Of a stretch of 64,000 nucleotides of DNA, positions 9,472 through 17,121 are shown piece by piece. The notes under the pieces were generated by a model. The model had not been told where the DNA came from, did no database searches, and was given only the letters and a program-made list of their open reading frames with translations. Position 1 is the first letter of the stretch; every line of letters begins with the position of its first letter. This DNA is from an uncultured Verrucomicrobiota bacterium (lineage in GTDB: Bacteria > Verrucomicrobiota > Kiritimatiellia > CAIQIC01 > Lenti-01), in the NCBI GenBank assembly GCA_964647595.1, contig CAZYGH010000005.1, positions 34,961 to 98,960 on the forward strand, in the 5' to 3' direction. A program made the position numbers and the translations under genes.

Positions 9472-10191
9472 ATGAATGTGGCCATCATTCCGGCTCGGGG
9501 TGGAAGCAAGCGCATCCCGCGCAAAAACATTCGCCCCTTCAACGGGAAGCCCATCCTCGCCTATTCCATCGAAGCCGCCCAAGAATGCGGTTGTATCGAT
9601 CGCGTGATGGTCTCCACCGATGACCCCGAAATTGCCGATGTGGCCCGTTCCCTTGGCGCTGAAATTCCATTCCTCCGGCCCACCCACTTATCCGACGATC
9701 AGACCCATCTGGACGCCGTCCTCAGTCACGCCGTCCGCTGGCTCCTCGACCAGGGCCATGCCCCAGAATTTGTTTGCGGCATCTTTGCCACGGCCCCCTT
9801 CTTAACCGGCTCCCTCCTGCGCGAGGGCCTTCAACGACTCCAAGCCTCACCCGAAAAACAGTACGCCTTCGGTGTCGCCAAATTTCCCTTCCCAATTCAG
9901 CGGGCAGTTCGGATCACCCCCCTCGGTGGCATCGAACCCTTTCAACCCGATAGCATGAGAATGCGTTCGCAGGACCTTGAAGAAGCGTATCACGATGCGG
10001 GCCAATTCTTCTGGGGTCGGACAGAGGCCATCTTAAACCGCGCCTCCATTTTTTCACCCACTTCGATTCCCATCGTCATCCCCTCCCATCGGGTCCAGGA
10101 TATCGACACCCCCGAAGATTGGGCCCGCGCAGAATGGTTGCACAAGGCCCTCATGCTATCGGAGAACCATGCGCGCGGCCTTTCGAGTTGA
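9472..10191 (+). CDS. pseF: Acylneuraminate/pseudaminic acid cytidylyltransferase (CMP-nonulosonic acid synthetase, PseF/NeuA family)
   Basis: N-terminus MNVAIIPARGGSKRIPRKNIRPFNGKPILAYSI is typical of CMP-NeuAc synthetase-like (CTP_transf_3) enzymes. It is in the same operon as pseG and pseI. Confidence 0.8.
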   Translation: MNVAIIPARGGSKRIPRKNIRPFNGKPILAYSIEAAQECGCIDRVMVSTDDPEIADVARSLGAEIPFLRPTHLSDDQTHLDAVLSHAVRWLLDQGHAPEFVCGIFATAPFLTGSLLREGLQRLQASPEKQYAFGVAKFPFPIQRAVRITPLGGIEPFQPDSMRMRSQDLEEAYHDAGQFFWGRTEAILNRASIFSPTSIPIVIPSHRVQDIDTPEDWARAEWLHKALMLSENHARGLSS

Positions 10192-11242
10192 TGCTTCTGC
10201 TTCCATCGGCAGCGGCCACCTCATGCGCTGTTTGGCTTTGGCGGAAGCCTTGCGCCGCAGGGAGATTTCCTCCACGTTTCTGTGCCGGGCCTTCCCCGAC
10301 CATGCCGGAGACGTAATTCTCCGCCAAGGGTTTGATCTTCACCTCTTGCCCATCGGCACCCAAACGGCATCGCCCCCGCCCCCTCATGCGGCATGGTTGG
10401 GCGCCAGCCAAGAAGAGGATGCCGCCGCATGTGCCTCACAATGGCCCACCGGAACGGACATCCTCGTCGTAGACCACTACGCGTTGGACATCCGCTGGGA
10501 AACCTCCATGCACCGTCTTTGTTCCATTCAACTAGCCATCGACGACCTAGCCGACCGCCATCACGCTTGCGATGTCTTGCTCGATCAGAATCTTGCCCCC
10601 CAAATGGAAAGTCGCTACGCGGGCTTCCTTCCTGCCACCTGTCGCTCTCTTCTCGGCCCCTCCTATGCGTTGCTCAGTCCCGCCTTTGCCCCGGCGGCCT
10701 CACTGGCAACGGAACGAACCACCGTCCGACGACTTCTCGTATTTTTTGGCGGCGGCGACACCGACAATCTGACGTGCCGCGCCCTTCGCGAACTGGCGTC
10801 TGTGAACCTCCCCGCCGATGTCGTGATCGGATCCGCCAATCCGCATCGCACCGAGGTTGCGTCGCTTTGCACAAGCTCCGACAGACTCTGGACTCTACAC
10901 GTGCAAACGCCCCACATGCCGGACCTCATGCTTCAAGCCGATTTGGCCTTGGGTGCCGGTGGCAGTAGCCATTGGGAGCGGTGCCTACTGGGTTTGCCCG
11001 CCTTGGTCGTCACCACCGCCGCCAATCAACTCCCCTCCACCCGTATGGTGGCAGAGCGCGGCGCCTGCCGCAATCTCGGCACGGCTCAGTCCTTGACCGA
11101 CGGCCAGTTTCGACAGGGCGTTGAAGAACTGCTTCAGAATCCCCACACGCTTCGCGCCATGAGCCGCGCCGCACAAGCGCTCATGCCCGATGGCAACGGC
11201 GCGGAACGTGTCGCATCTACCCTTCTGGAACACATACGATGA
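10169..11242 (+). CDS. pseG: UDP-2,4-diacetamido-2,4,6-trideoxy-beta-L-altropyranose hydrolase PseG-like (GT28-like)
   Basis: N-terminus MRAAFRVDASASIGSGHLMRCLALAEAL matches the PseG start consensus (FR.DAS..IG.GH.MRC). Its position between pseF and pseI supports the call. Confidence 0.72.
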   Translation: MRAAFRVDASASIGSGHLMRCLALAEALRRREISSTFLCRAFPDHAGDVILRQGFDLHLLPIGTQTASPPPPHAAWLGASQEEDAAACASQWPTGTDILVVDHYALDIRWETSMHRLCSIQLAIDDLADRHHACDVLLDQNLAPQMESRYAGFLPATCRSLLGPSYALLSPAFAPAASLATERTTVRRLLVFFGGGDTDNLTCRALRELASVNLPADVVIGSANPHRTEVASLCTSSDRLWTLHVQTPHMPDLMLQADLALGAGGSSHWERCLLGLPALVVTTAANQLPSTRMVAERGACRNLGTAQSLTDGQFRQGVEELLQNPHTLRAMSRAAQALMPDGNGAERVASTLLEHIR

Positions 11243-12321
11243 ACTCCATCCATATCGGTCACCACCTCATCGATGCCAACCATCCGCCCTTCATCATTGC
11301 GGAAATGTCAGGCAATCACGGACAGAGTCTCGATAAAGCCCTACGCCTCGTCGACGCCGCCTCAGAGGCCGGCGCACATGCCTTGAAGTTGCAAACCTAC
11401 ACCGCCGACACCATGACGCTGGACATCCGCGAGGGCGACTTTTTCATCGATGATCCTCGAAGCCTCTGGCGCGGAAATTCTCTCTATGACCTCTACAAAC
11501 TCGCCTATACTCCATGGGAATGGCATGCCCCCCTCTTTGAGCGTGCCCGTGCCCGCGGACTTCTCGCCTTCAGCACACCCTTCGACGCCACCGCCGTGGA
11601 CTTTTTGGAATCCCTTCATGTTCCCTGCCACAAAATTGCCTCATTTGAAAATGGCGACATTCCCCTCATCCGAAAAGTCGCCGCCACCGGCAAGCCCCTC
11701 ATCATGTCCACGGGTACTGCCACCCTCGCCGAATTGACCGAAGCCGTCGCCGCAGCACGAGAAGCCGGTTGCAAAGATCTCATTTTACTGAAATGCACCA
11801 GCAATTATCCCTCCGAGCCCAAGGATGCCAACCTCGCCACCCTTCCCCACCTGGCCGAAAAATTCAACTGCGTAGCTGGCCTCTCCGATCACTCCCTCGG
11901 CACCGCCGTGGCCGTAGCTGCGGTTGCCCTCGGTGCTCGCGTGGTGGAAAAACATCTGACCCTTTCCCGTGCCGATGGCGATGTGGATTCCGCCTTTTCC
12001 CTCGAACCCACCGAACTGGCCCAGTTGGTTCAAGACACTCGAATAGCTTGGCAAGCGCTGGGACACGTCAGCTTTGACCTCACCGACAGCGAGCAAGGCT
12101 CCCGAAAGCATCGGCGCAGTCTCTATATCGCCCAAGACATTGCCGCAGGCACTCCCCTCACGCTCCAAAATGTGCGTGCCATACGCCCCGGCGCCGGTCT
12201 GCCCCCCAAGCATCTCGACAAAATCCTTGGCTGCGTGGCCACCCGTGATTTGAAAAAAGGCACTTCCTTGAGCTGGGATTTGTTCCGCCCCACCACGTCG
12301 GAGACTTCCCCCCATGCCTAA
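11239..12321 (+). CDS. pseI: Pseudaminic/N-acetylneuraminic acid synthase (NeuB/PseI family)
   Basis: FIIAEMSGNHGQSLDKALRLVDAASEAGAHALKLQTY is NeuB-family. The C-terminal SAF/antifreeze-like domain (LTLQNVRAIRPGAGLPPKHLDKILG) is present. Confidence 0.85.
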   Translation: MNSIHIGHHLIDANHPPFIIAEMSGNHGQSLDKALRLVDAASEAGAHALKLQTYTADTMTLDIREGDFFIDDPRSLWRGNSLYDLYKLAYTPWEWHAPLFERARARGLLAFSTPFDATAVDFLESLHVPCHKIASFENGDIPLIRKVAATGKPLIMSTGTATLAELTEAVAAAREAGCKDLILLKCTSNYPSEPKDANLATLPHLAEKFNCVAGLSDHSLGTAVAVAAVALGARVVEKHLTLSRADGDVDSAFSLEPTELAQLVQDTRIAWQALGHVSFDLTDSEQGSRKHRRSLYIAQDIAAGTPLTLQNVRAIRPGAGLPPKHLDKILGCVATRDLKKGTSLSWDLFRPTTSETSPHA

Positions 12322-13315
12322 CTCCTCCCCACCCTCTTTTGCCGCAGGCGGAAACTGGCTCATCACCAGCGCCAGCGCCAAAGTAGATTTGGTTCGGCGC
12401 ATGCGCCAAGCGCTGAATGCCAAGGAACTTCGCCTATTTTCCACCGATCAATCCAGCCTGTCTGCGGCGTTTCATTTCAGCGATGGCCATTTTCTTCTTC
12501 CGCCCATTGAGTCCAGCGACTTCCTCGATCAACTGATCGCAACCTGCCACGCCCACCACATCCGCGTCCTTCTGCCCACACGCGATGCCGACCTGCGATT
12601 TTTTTCCGCTCACCGCGCACCGCTGGAAAAAGCCCACCTGTGGCCACTGGTGTCCGACTCCCAAACCATCGACATCTGCCTCGATAAAATTCAATTCGAC
12701 GATCACTGCTGCCGCCATCACCTACCCGTTCTTCCTCGCATCCACGAGCCAACCCCTTCCGTTTTCCCCTGCTTTGTTCGGAACCGCATCGGCTCCGCCG
12801 GTCATGGCGCCCAACGGGTTCCCCATGCGGATGCCATGCGAATCCTCTACGGCCCGTCCCCGTGGCCCAACCTCCTCATTCAACCCTGTTGCACCGACAA
12901 AGAATACACCATCGATGCGCTCTTCGACTTGGATGGCCAACCCGTGCAATGGATTTCGCGGGAACGCATCCGCACCAAGGCTGGCGAATCCACCGTGGGT
13001 CGCACCGTTTCCATCCCCGCGATCGACGCCCTCCTTCCATCCCTCGCCCACTCGCTCCATCTCATCGGACCCGCCACCATTCAGGTGTTTTATTCCCAAC
13101 AAAATGGCCTCCATCTCATCGAGGTGAATCCCCGATTCGGCGGAGCTGCCGCCCTTGGCATCGAAGCCGGATTAGATACCCCCCGCCGACTCGTATCCCT
13201 CGCGCAAGGCGACACCGAAGATTTCCTGCGCACCCGACCCCTTGAAATTGGAATGACCATGCTTCGCTACAGCCAGGACATTTTCATCCATGAAAATACG
13301 ACCCCGACAACCTGA
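12314..13315 (+). CDS. ATP-grasp domain protein (putative nonulosonic-acid modifying ligase)
   Basis: C-terminal HLIEVNPRFGGAAALGIEAGLDTP is the ATP-grasp Mg/ATP-binding motif. The gene is translationally coupled within the pse operon. Confidence 0.6.
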   Translation: MPNSSPPSFAAGGNWLITSASAKVDLVRRMRQALNAKELRLFSTDQSSLSAAFHFSDGHFLLPPIESSDFLDQLIATCHAHHIRVLLPTRDADLRFFSAHRAPLEKAHLWPLVSDSQTIDICLDKIQFDDHCCRHHLPVLPRIHEPTPSVFPCFVRNRIGSAGHGAQRVPHADAMRILYGPSPWPNLLIQPCCTDKEYTIDALFDLDGQPVQWISRERIRTKAGESTVGRTVSIPAIDALLPSLAHSLHLIGPATIQVFYSQQNGLHLIEVNPRFGGAAALGIEAGLDTPRRLVSLAQGDTEDFLRTRPLEIGMTMLRYSQDIFIHENTTPTT

Positions 13316-13328
13316 AACCACCAGCCCT

Positions 13329-14003
13329 ATGTTGTCCATTCTGGAGCCCTATACCCTCTTCTTTGTCGACATGGACGACACCCTGTTTGAAGAGCGCCAG
13401 TACGTGCTGAGCGGATTCCACGCCATTGCCAACTATGTCGCCCGATGGGGCCTCCGCTCCGACGAGGTGTGGCTGTTTCTTCAGCAGCACTTCGAAACAT
13501 CCGGCCGCGAGAAAATTTTCGATCATTTACTTCAACACTTCTTCGGAACCGTTCGCTCCGAACTGATTCAAGAATTGGTCTGGGTCTATCGCGACCATGT
13601 TCCGCAAATTCAACTCTATCCCGATGCAGCCGAAACCCTGAAAGCCTTGCGCTCGAAAGGCCGCGTCATCATCGTCACCGATGGCCTCACGTCCGTCCAA
13701 GAACGCAAATTTGCTGCCTTGGAATTGGACCGCCTCGTGGATCGCGTGGTGTTTTGCGACGCCATGGGTTTCCCCAAGCCCGACCCCAGTTCGCTTCGTG
13801 GCCGAGTCGAACAAGGCGTACGGAACGCCCTGATCATTGGCGACCGACCCGACCACGATCTCGCGTTGGCGGCCGCTCTTGGCCTCGATTCTGTTCGTGT
13901 GCGCACCGGCCGATTCCATGATGTAGACAACCAACCCTGGAAGCCCATTGCCGACCTGCCGAAGATTTCTTCTTTGCTCGGCCCGGACCCAACGGACACC
14001 TGA
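13329..14003 (+). CDS. HAD-superfamily hydrolase/phosphatase
   Basis: HAD motif I FFVDMDDTLF sits right after the internal ATG, and the distal GDRPDHD motif is present. The upstream ORF extension overlaps the ATP-grasp gene, so the internal start was chosen. Confidence 0.68.
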   Translation: MLSILEPYTLFFVDMDDTLFEERQYVLSGFHAIANYVARWGLRSDEVWLFLQQHFETSGREKIFDHLLQHFFGTVRSELIQELVWVYRDHVPQIQLYPDAAETLKALRSKGRVIIVTDGLTSVQERKFAALELDRLVDRVVFCDAMGFPKPDPSSLRGRVEQGVRNALIIGDRPDHDLALAAALGLDSVRVRTGRFHDVDNQPWKPIADLPKISSLLGPDPTDT

Positions 14004-14004
14004 C

Positions 14005-14652
14005 ATGGCCGTTCCACTCAAGCGAAAACACTTTTACGTGCTGGAGAAGCACTATACCGATCTGGCGGTTCGGCTCCTCCCGCCTCTCGCCAAAATCGGC
14101 CTGACCCCCAATCAAGTCACCCTCGCCAATTTACTCAACGGCCTTGTCATTATGACCGCCATTGCCGGGCACCACTACATCCTCGCCGCCCTTCTCACCC
14201 AGCTATACCTGTTCCTCGATATTCTCGATGGGAATTTGGCTCGCTATCGAGAAATGTCCACCCCGCTCGGCGCCGTCTTGGATAAAATCGGCGACCGCTT
14301 TTTTTACAATGGCGTCATGATCGTCCTCGGCCTCACCACCCCCGTCCACTGGATCTGGATCGTGCTCTTTTTGCTGGCTCACAACCTGCACTCCATCGCC
14401 GCCACTTACTACATTGTTCCCACCATCCGAACCCTGCCCACCTTCAAACGGTTCGGCCTGAAAAAAGTATGGATGAATCACGGCTACATCCTCGGCATGG
14501 ACCTGTCCACCCAAGACCTGCTGATCTCTCTCCTGATTGTCACGCCAGGGCGCGTCTGGATTCTCCCCGCCGTCACCATCCTCTATCTGGTGGACCTGAT
14601 CTATCGCCTCATCGAGCTGGAACAAAACCGCCGCCTCTCCCCTGCGGCATGA
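14005..14652 (+). CDS. CDP-alcohol phosphatidyltransferase family membrane protein
   Basis: Carries the family motif D-G-x2-A-R-x8-G-x3-D-x3-D (DILDGNLARYREMSTPLGAVLDKIGD) and multiple TM helices. The internal ATG (MAVPLKRKH) was chosen as start. Confidence 0.7.
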   Translation: MAVPLKRKHFYVLEKHYTDLAVRLLPPLAKIGLTPNQVTLANLLNGLVIMTAIAGHHYILAALLTQLYLFLDILDGNLARYREMSTPLGAVLDKIGDRFFYNGVMIVLGLTTPVHWIWIVLFLLAHNLHSIAATYYIVPTIRTLPTFKRFGLKKVWMNHGYILGMDLSTQDLLISLLIVTPGRVWILPAVTILYLVDLIYRLIELEQNRRLSPAA

Positions 14653-14700
14653 CATCTGCTTGAACAGGACGCAGATCGAGATCGTAAAAAGGATGAACCT

Positions 14701-15114
14701 ATGAAAACCGTCATCACCTATGGAACCTTCGACCTTTTTCATGTGGGACATTTACGCCTGCTGGAACGCGCGCGTTCGCTGGGGGATCGCTTGGTGGTCG
14801 CGGTCTCGACCGACGAATTCAACTCCGGCAAAGGCAAACGAACCCTCATCCCCTACCGGGATCGATCCGCCATCGTTCAGGCCATTCGTTGCGTCGATAT
14901 TGTCATTCCTGAAACCAACTGGGCGCAGAAAACTGATGATATTCATCAATTCAACGTCACCACCTTCGTCATGGGCGAAGACTGGAAAGGCAAATTTGAC
15001 GAGCTGAAAGAACTGTGCGAAGTCGTTTATCTACCCCGCACCGAAGGCATTTCCACCACCGAACTGAAGCAATCTATGGCCCTGCTAGGACAAATCATCC
15101 GAGAACTGCATTAA
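14701..15114 (+). CDS. Cytidylyltransferase, glycerol-3-phosphate cytidylyltransferase (TagD)-like
   Basis: N-terminus MKTVITYGTFDLFHVGHLRLLERAR carries the (H/T)xGH nucleotidyltransferase motif. Size (137 aa) matches TagD. Confidence 0.8.
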   Translation: MKTVITYGTFDLFHVGHLRLLERARSLGDRLVVAVSTDEFNSGKGKRTLIPYRDRSAIVQAIRCVDIVIPETNWAQKTDDIHQFNVTTFVMGEDWKGKFDELKELCEVVYLPRTEGISTTELKQSMALLGQIIRELH

Positions 15115-15124
15115 TGGCCGCACG

Positions 15125-16234
15125 ATGAGTTTGTCCCGTCCGATCCAGTTGGCCTTTTGCATCGACGATCGCTTTGCCCCTCCTCTCGCAACGCTGTTGC
15201 ACAGTTTGCAAACGCATTCACGCGCGGACCTGGGCGTTCAAGCCCATGTCGTCGGAAACCTGTCCTCCCCCATCCGCGACAAACTCTCCACCCTCTCTCG
15301 CCCCGATTTCGAAATTCATTTTCACACTCAGGTTCCCGACTTCAGCCACCTCCACATCAGCCCCATCTACGCCACCCGACTCAGCCAAGCCACCTATCAT
15401 CGATTGGCCCTCCCCGCCCTCCTCCCCAACGTCAACCGCATCTTGTATCTGGATGCCGACATGATCGCGCTGGACGATTTTTCCACACTGTGGAAAACCA
15501 ATCTTCAAGGCCGCTCCACCGGCGTCGTGCAGGACTACTTTTTGAGCCATCAAGAACGCTGGAAAGTCTTGAGCCTTCCGTTCCCTGAATATTTCAATGC
15601 CGGCATGCTCCTTATGGATCTGGATCAGTGGAGGTCTCAAACCATCAGCGAACGCGTCGCACAGGCCGTCGCCGAACATCCGAATTGGGAATATAACGAC
15701 CAAGACGGCTTAAACGTAGTGCTAAATGGCCAATGCCAATTCTTGGATCCGCGATGGAACGCCACGACAACGCGGCTCCAAGGAAATGCCGTTGACCACC
15801 CTGTTTTCATTCACTTCACCGGCCAAGAAAAACCGTGGCACGTTTCATCCGTCCATCCCTTTCGGGAAGCCTATCGCGAACACAAGCAGCAAACACCGTG
15901 GCGCGACGAACCCCTGACGCATTTTTTGGATCACGAAGACCAGCGCATCCTTCAATCGCTTCAGACTTCCCTTCCCCAAGGCGGCGCCATCGCCATCTAC
16001 GGATGCGGCGCACGGGGACGCCGTCTCGCCCTCTTCCTCCAAGCCCACCACCCGGCATTCTCCATCCGCTTCATGGTAGACCGAGCCGCTTCCAACGAAT
16101 GGAATGGAATCCCCGTCTATCGGCAACTGCCCGAGGAAACCCTCGACGCACTTCTCATCGCCTCCATTCCCTATCGCGACGAAATCCTCAAGAGCCTTCC
16201 CCCCGCCCTTCTGTCACAGGTCAACATCATTTAG
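15125..16234 (+). CDS. Family 8 glycosyltransferase with C-terminal Rossmann-like extension
   Basis: The GT8 DxD region RILYLDADMIALDDFSTLW is present. The C-terminal AIAIYGCGARGRRLALFL region has a GxGxxG-like motif. Confidence 0.68.
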   Translation: MSLSRPIQLAFCIDDRFAPPLATLLHSLQTHSRADLGVQAHVVGNLSSPIRDKLSTLSRPDFEIHFHTQVPDFSHLHISPIYATRLSQATYHRLALPALLPNVNRILYLDADMIALDDFSTLWKTNLQGRSTGVVQDYFLSHQERWKVLSLPFPEYFNAGMLLMDLDQWRSQTISERVAQAVAEHPNWEYNDQDGLNVVLNGQCQFLDPRWNATTTRLQGNAVDHPVFIHFTGQEKPWHVSSVHPFREAYREHKQQTPWRDEPLTHFLDHEDQRILQSLQTSLPQGGAIAIYGCGARGRRLALFLQAHHPAFSIRFMVDRAASNEWNGIPVYRQLPEETLDALLIASIPYRDEILKSLPPALLSQVNII

Positions 16235-16638
16235 CCCGGCCGCCCTTGGCTAGCAGCTAATTCGCGCTGCACCACCGTGAGAAGGCCCATCACATCGCCT
16301 TTCTCTAAACTGTCCTGCGCGCCCGCACGAATGGAAGCCTTTCGGGCCTCCTCATTCACCGAACCCGAAACCACAATGAACGGAAGATGTGGGAACCGAG
16401 CTCTCACCAGTTCAAGAGCCGCAGAAGAGCTGAAGCGGGGCATGTTGTGGTCCGACACCACGAGGTCCCATGCCTTTTCCTCAAAGGCCACAGCCAAGTC
16501 CTCTGCGTTATCCACGCGCCGCGAATCCAGCTCATAGCCGCCGGATCGGAGCTGCTCTTCCAGAAGCATGGCATCCAGCTCCGAATCATCCACAATCAAT
16601 AACCGGATTTTCATTTTTTCGGCGGAAGAATCCGTCAT
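16231..16638 (-). CDS. Response regulator, stand-alone receiver domain
   Basis: RLLIVDDSELDAMLL...LVVSDHNMP...FIVVSGS matches a CheY-like receiver with the expected Asp and Lys positions. Confidence 0.75.
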   Translation of the reverse strand: MTDSSAEKMKIRLLIVDDSELDAMLLEEQLRSGGYELDSRRVDNAEDLAVAFEEKAWDLVVSDHNMPRFSSSAALELVRARFPHLPFIVVSGSVNEEARKASIRAGAQDSLEKGDVMGLLTVVQRELAASQGRPG

Positions 16639-16674
16639 GTCTATTCTCCTCCATCTCAACCGATCGGGTCGCCA

Positions 16675-17121
16675 TCAAGGTCCAGCCGGAATGGGAGAGG
16701 GCTCGTTGATCACGCCCCAAAACTGGCCCAACTCGCGAACCGCCGTCATGAAATCCAAAAAATCCACGGGCTTCACAACAAACGCATTCACTCCATAGGA
16801 ATAGCATTTCATTAAATCGGAATCCTCGCGGGAAGACGTGAGCATGACCACCGGGATCACTCGTAACACGGGATCGCTCTTGATGACCTTCAACACTTCG
16901 AGTCCGTCCACTTTTGGCATTTTGATGTCCAACAAAATCAACGCAGGGGGACCACTGGTGCGCGAGGCATAGGAACCTCGGCGAAACAGAAAATCCAACG
17001 TCTCGGCGCCATCCGCCATTCGCTCAATGGGGCAAACCACCTTCCCTTCGCGCAAGGCCGCAATGGTCAATTCGGCATCATGTGGATTATCTTCGGCAAG
17101 CAACACATAGCGGTCGATCAT
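16675..17121 (-). CDS. Response regulator, stand-alone receiver domain
   Basis: VLLAEDNPHDAELT...LILLDIKMPKVDGLEVLKVIK...VVMLTSS matches a receiver domain. Its start overlaps the kinase stop (ATGA). Confidence 0.8.
   Translation of the reverse strand: MIDRYVLLAEDNPHDAELTIAALREGKVVCPIERMADGAETLDFLFRRGSYASRTSGPPALILLDIKMPKVDGLEVLKVIKSDPVLRVIPVVMLTSSREDSDLMKCYSYGVNAFVVKPVDFLDFMTAVRELGQFWGVINEPSPIPAGP

Noticed and set aside
9472-12321. Alternative reading of pseF/pseG/pseI as a sialic-acid (neuA/neuC/neuB) operon
   Set aside because: The middle gene has the PseG-type N-terminus (FRVDAS..IGSGHLMRC, GT28-like hydrolase) rather than the NeuC UDP-GlcNAc 2-epimerase fold. The flagellar context also favours pseudaminic acid. 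It cannot be fully excluded without phylogeny.
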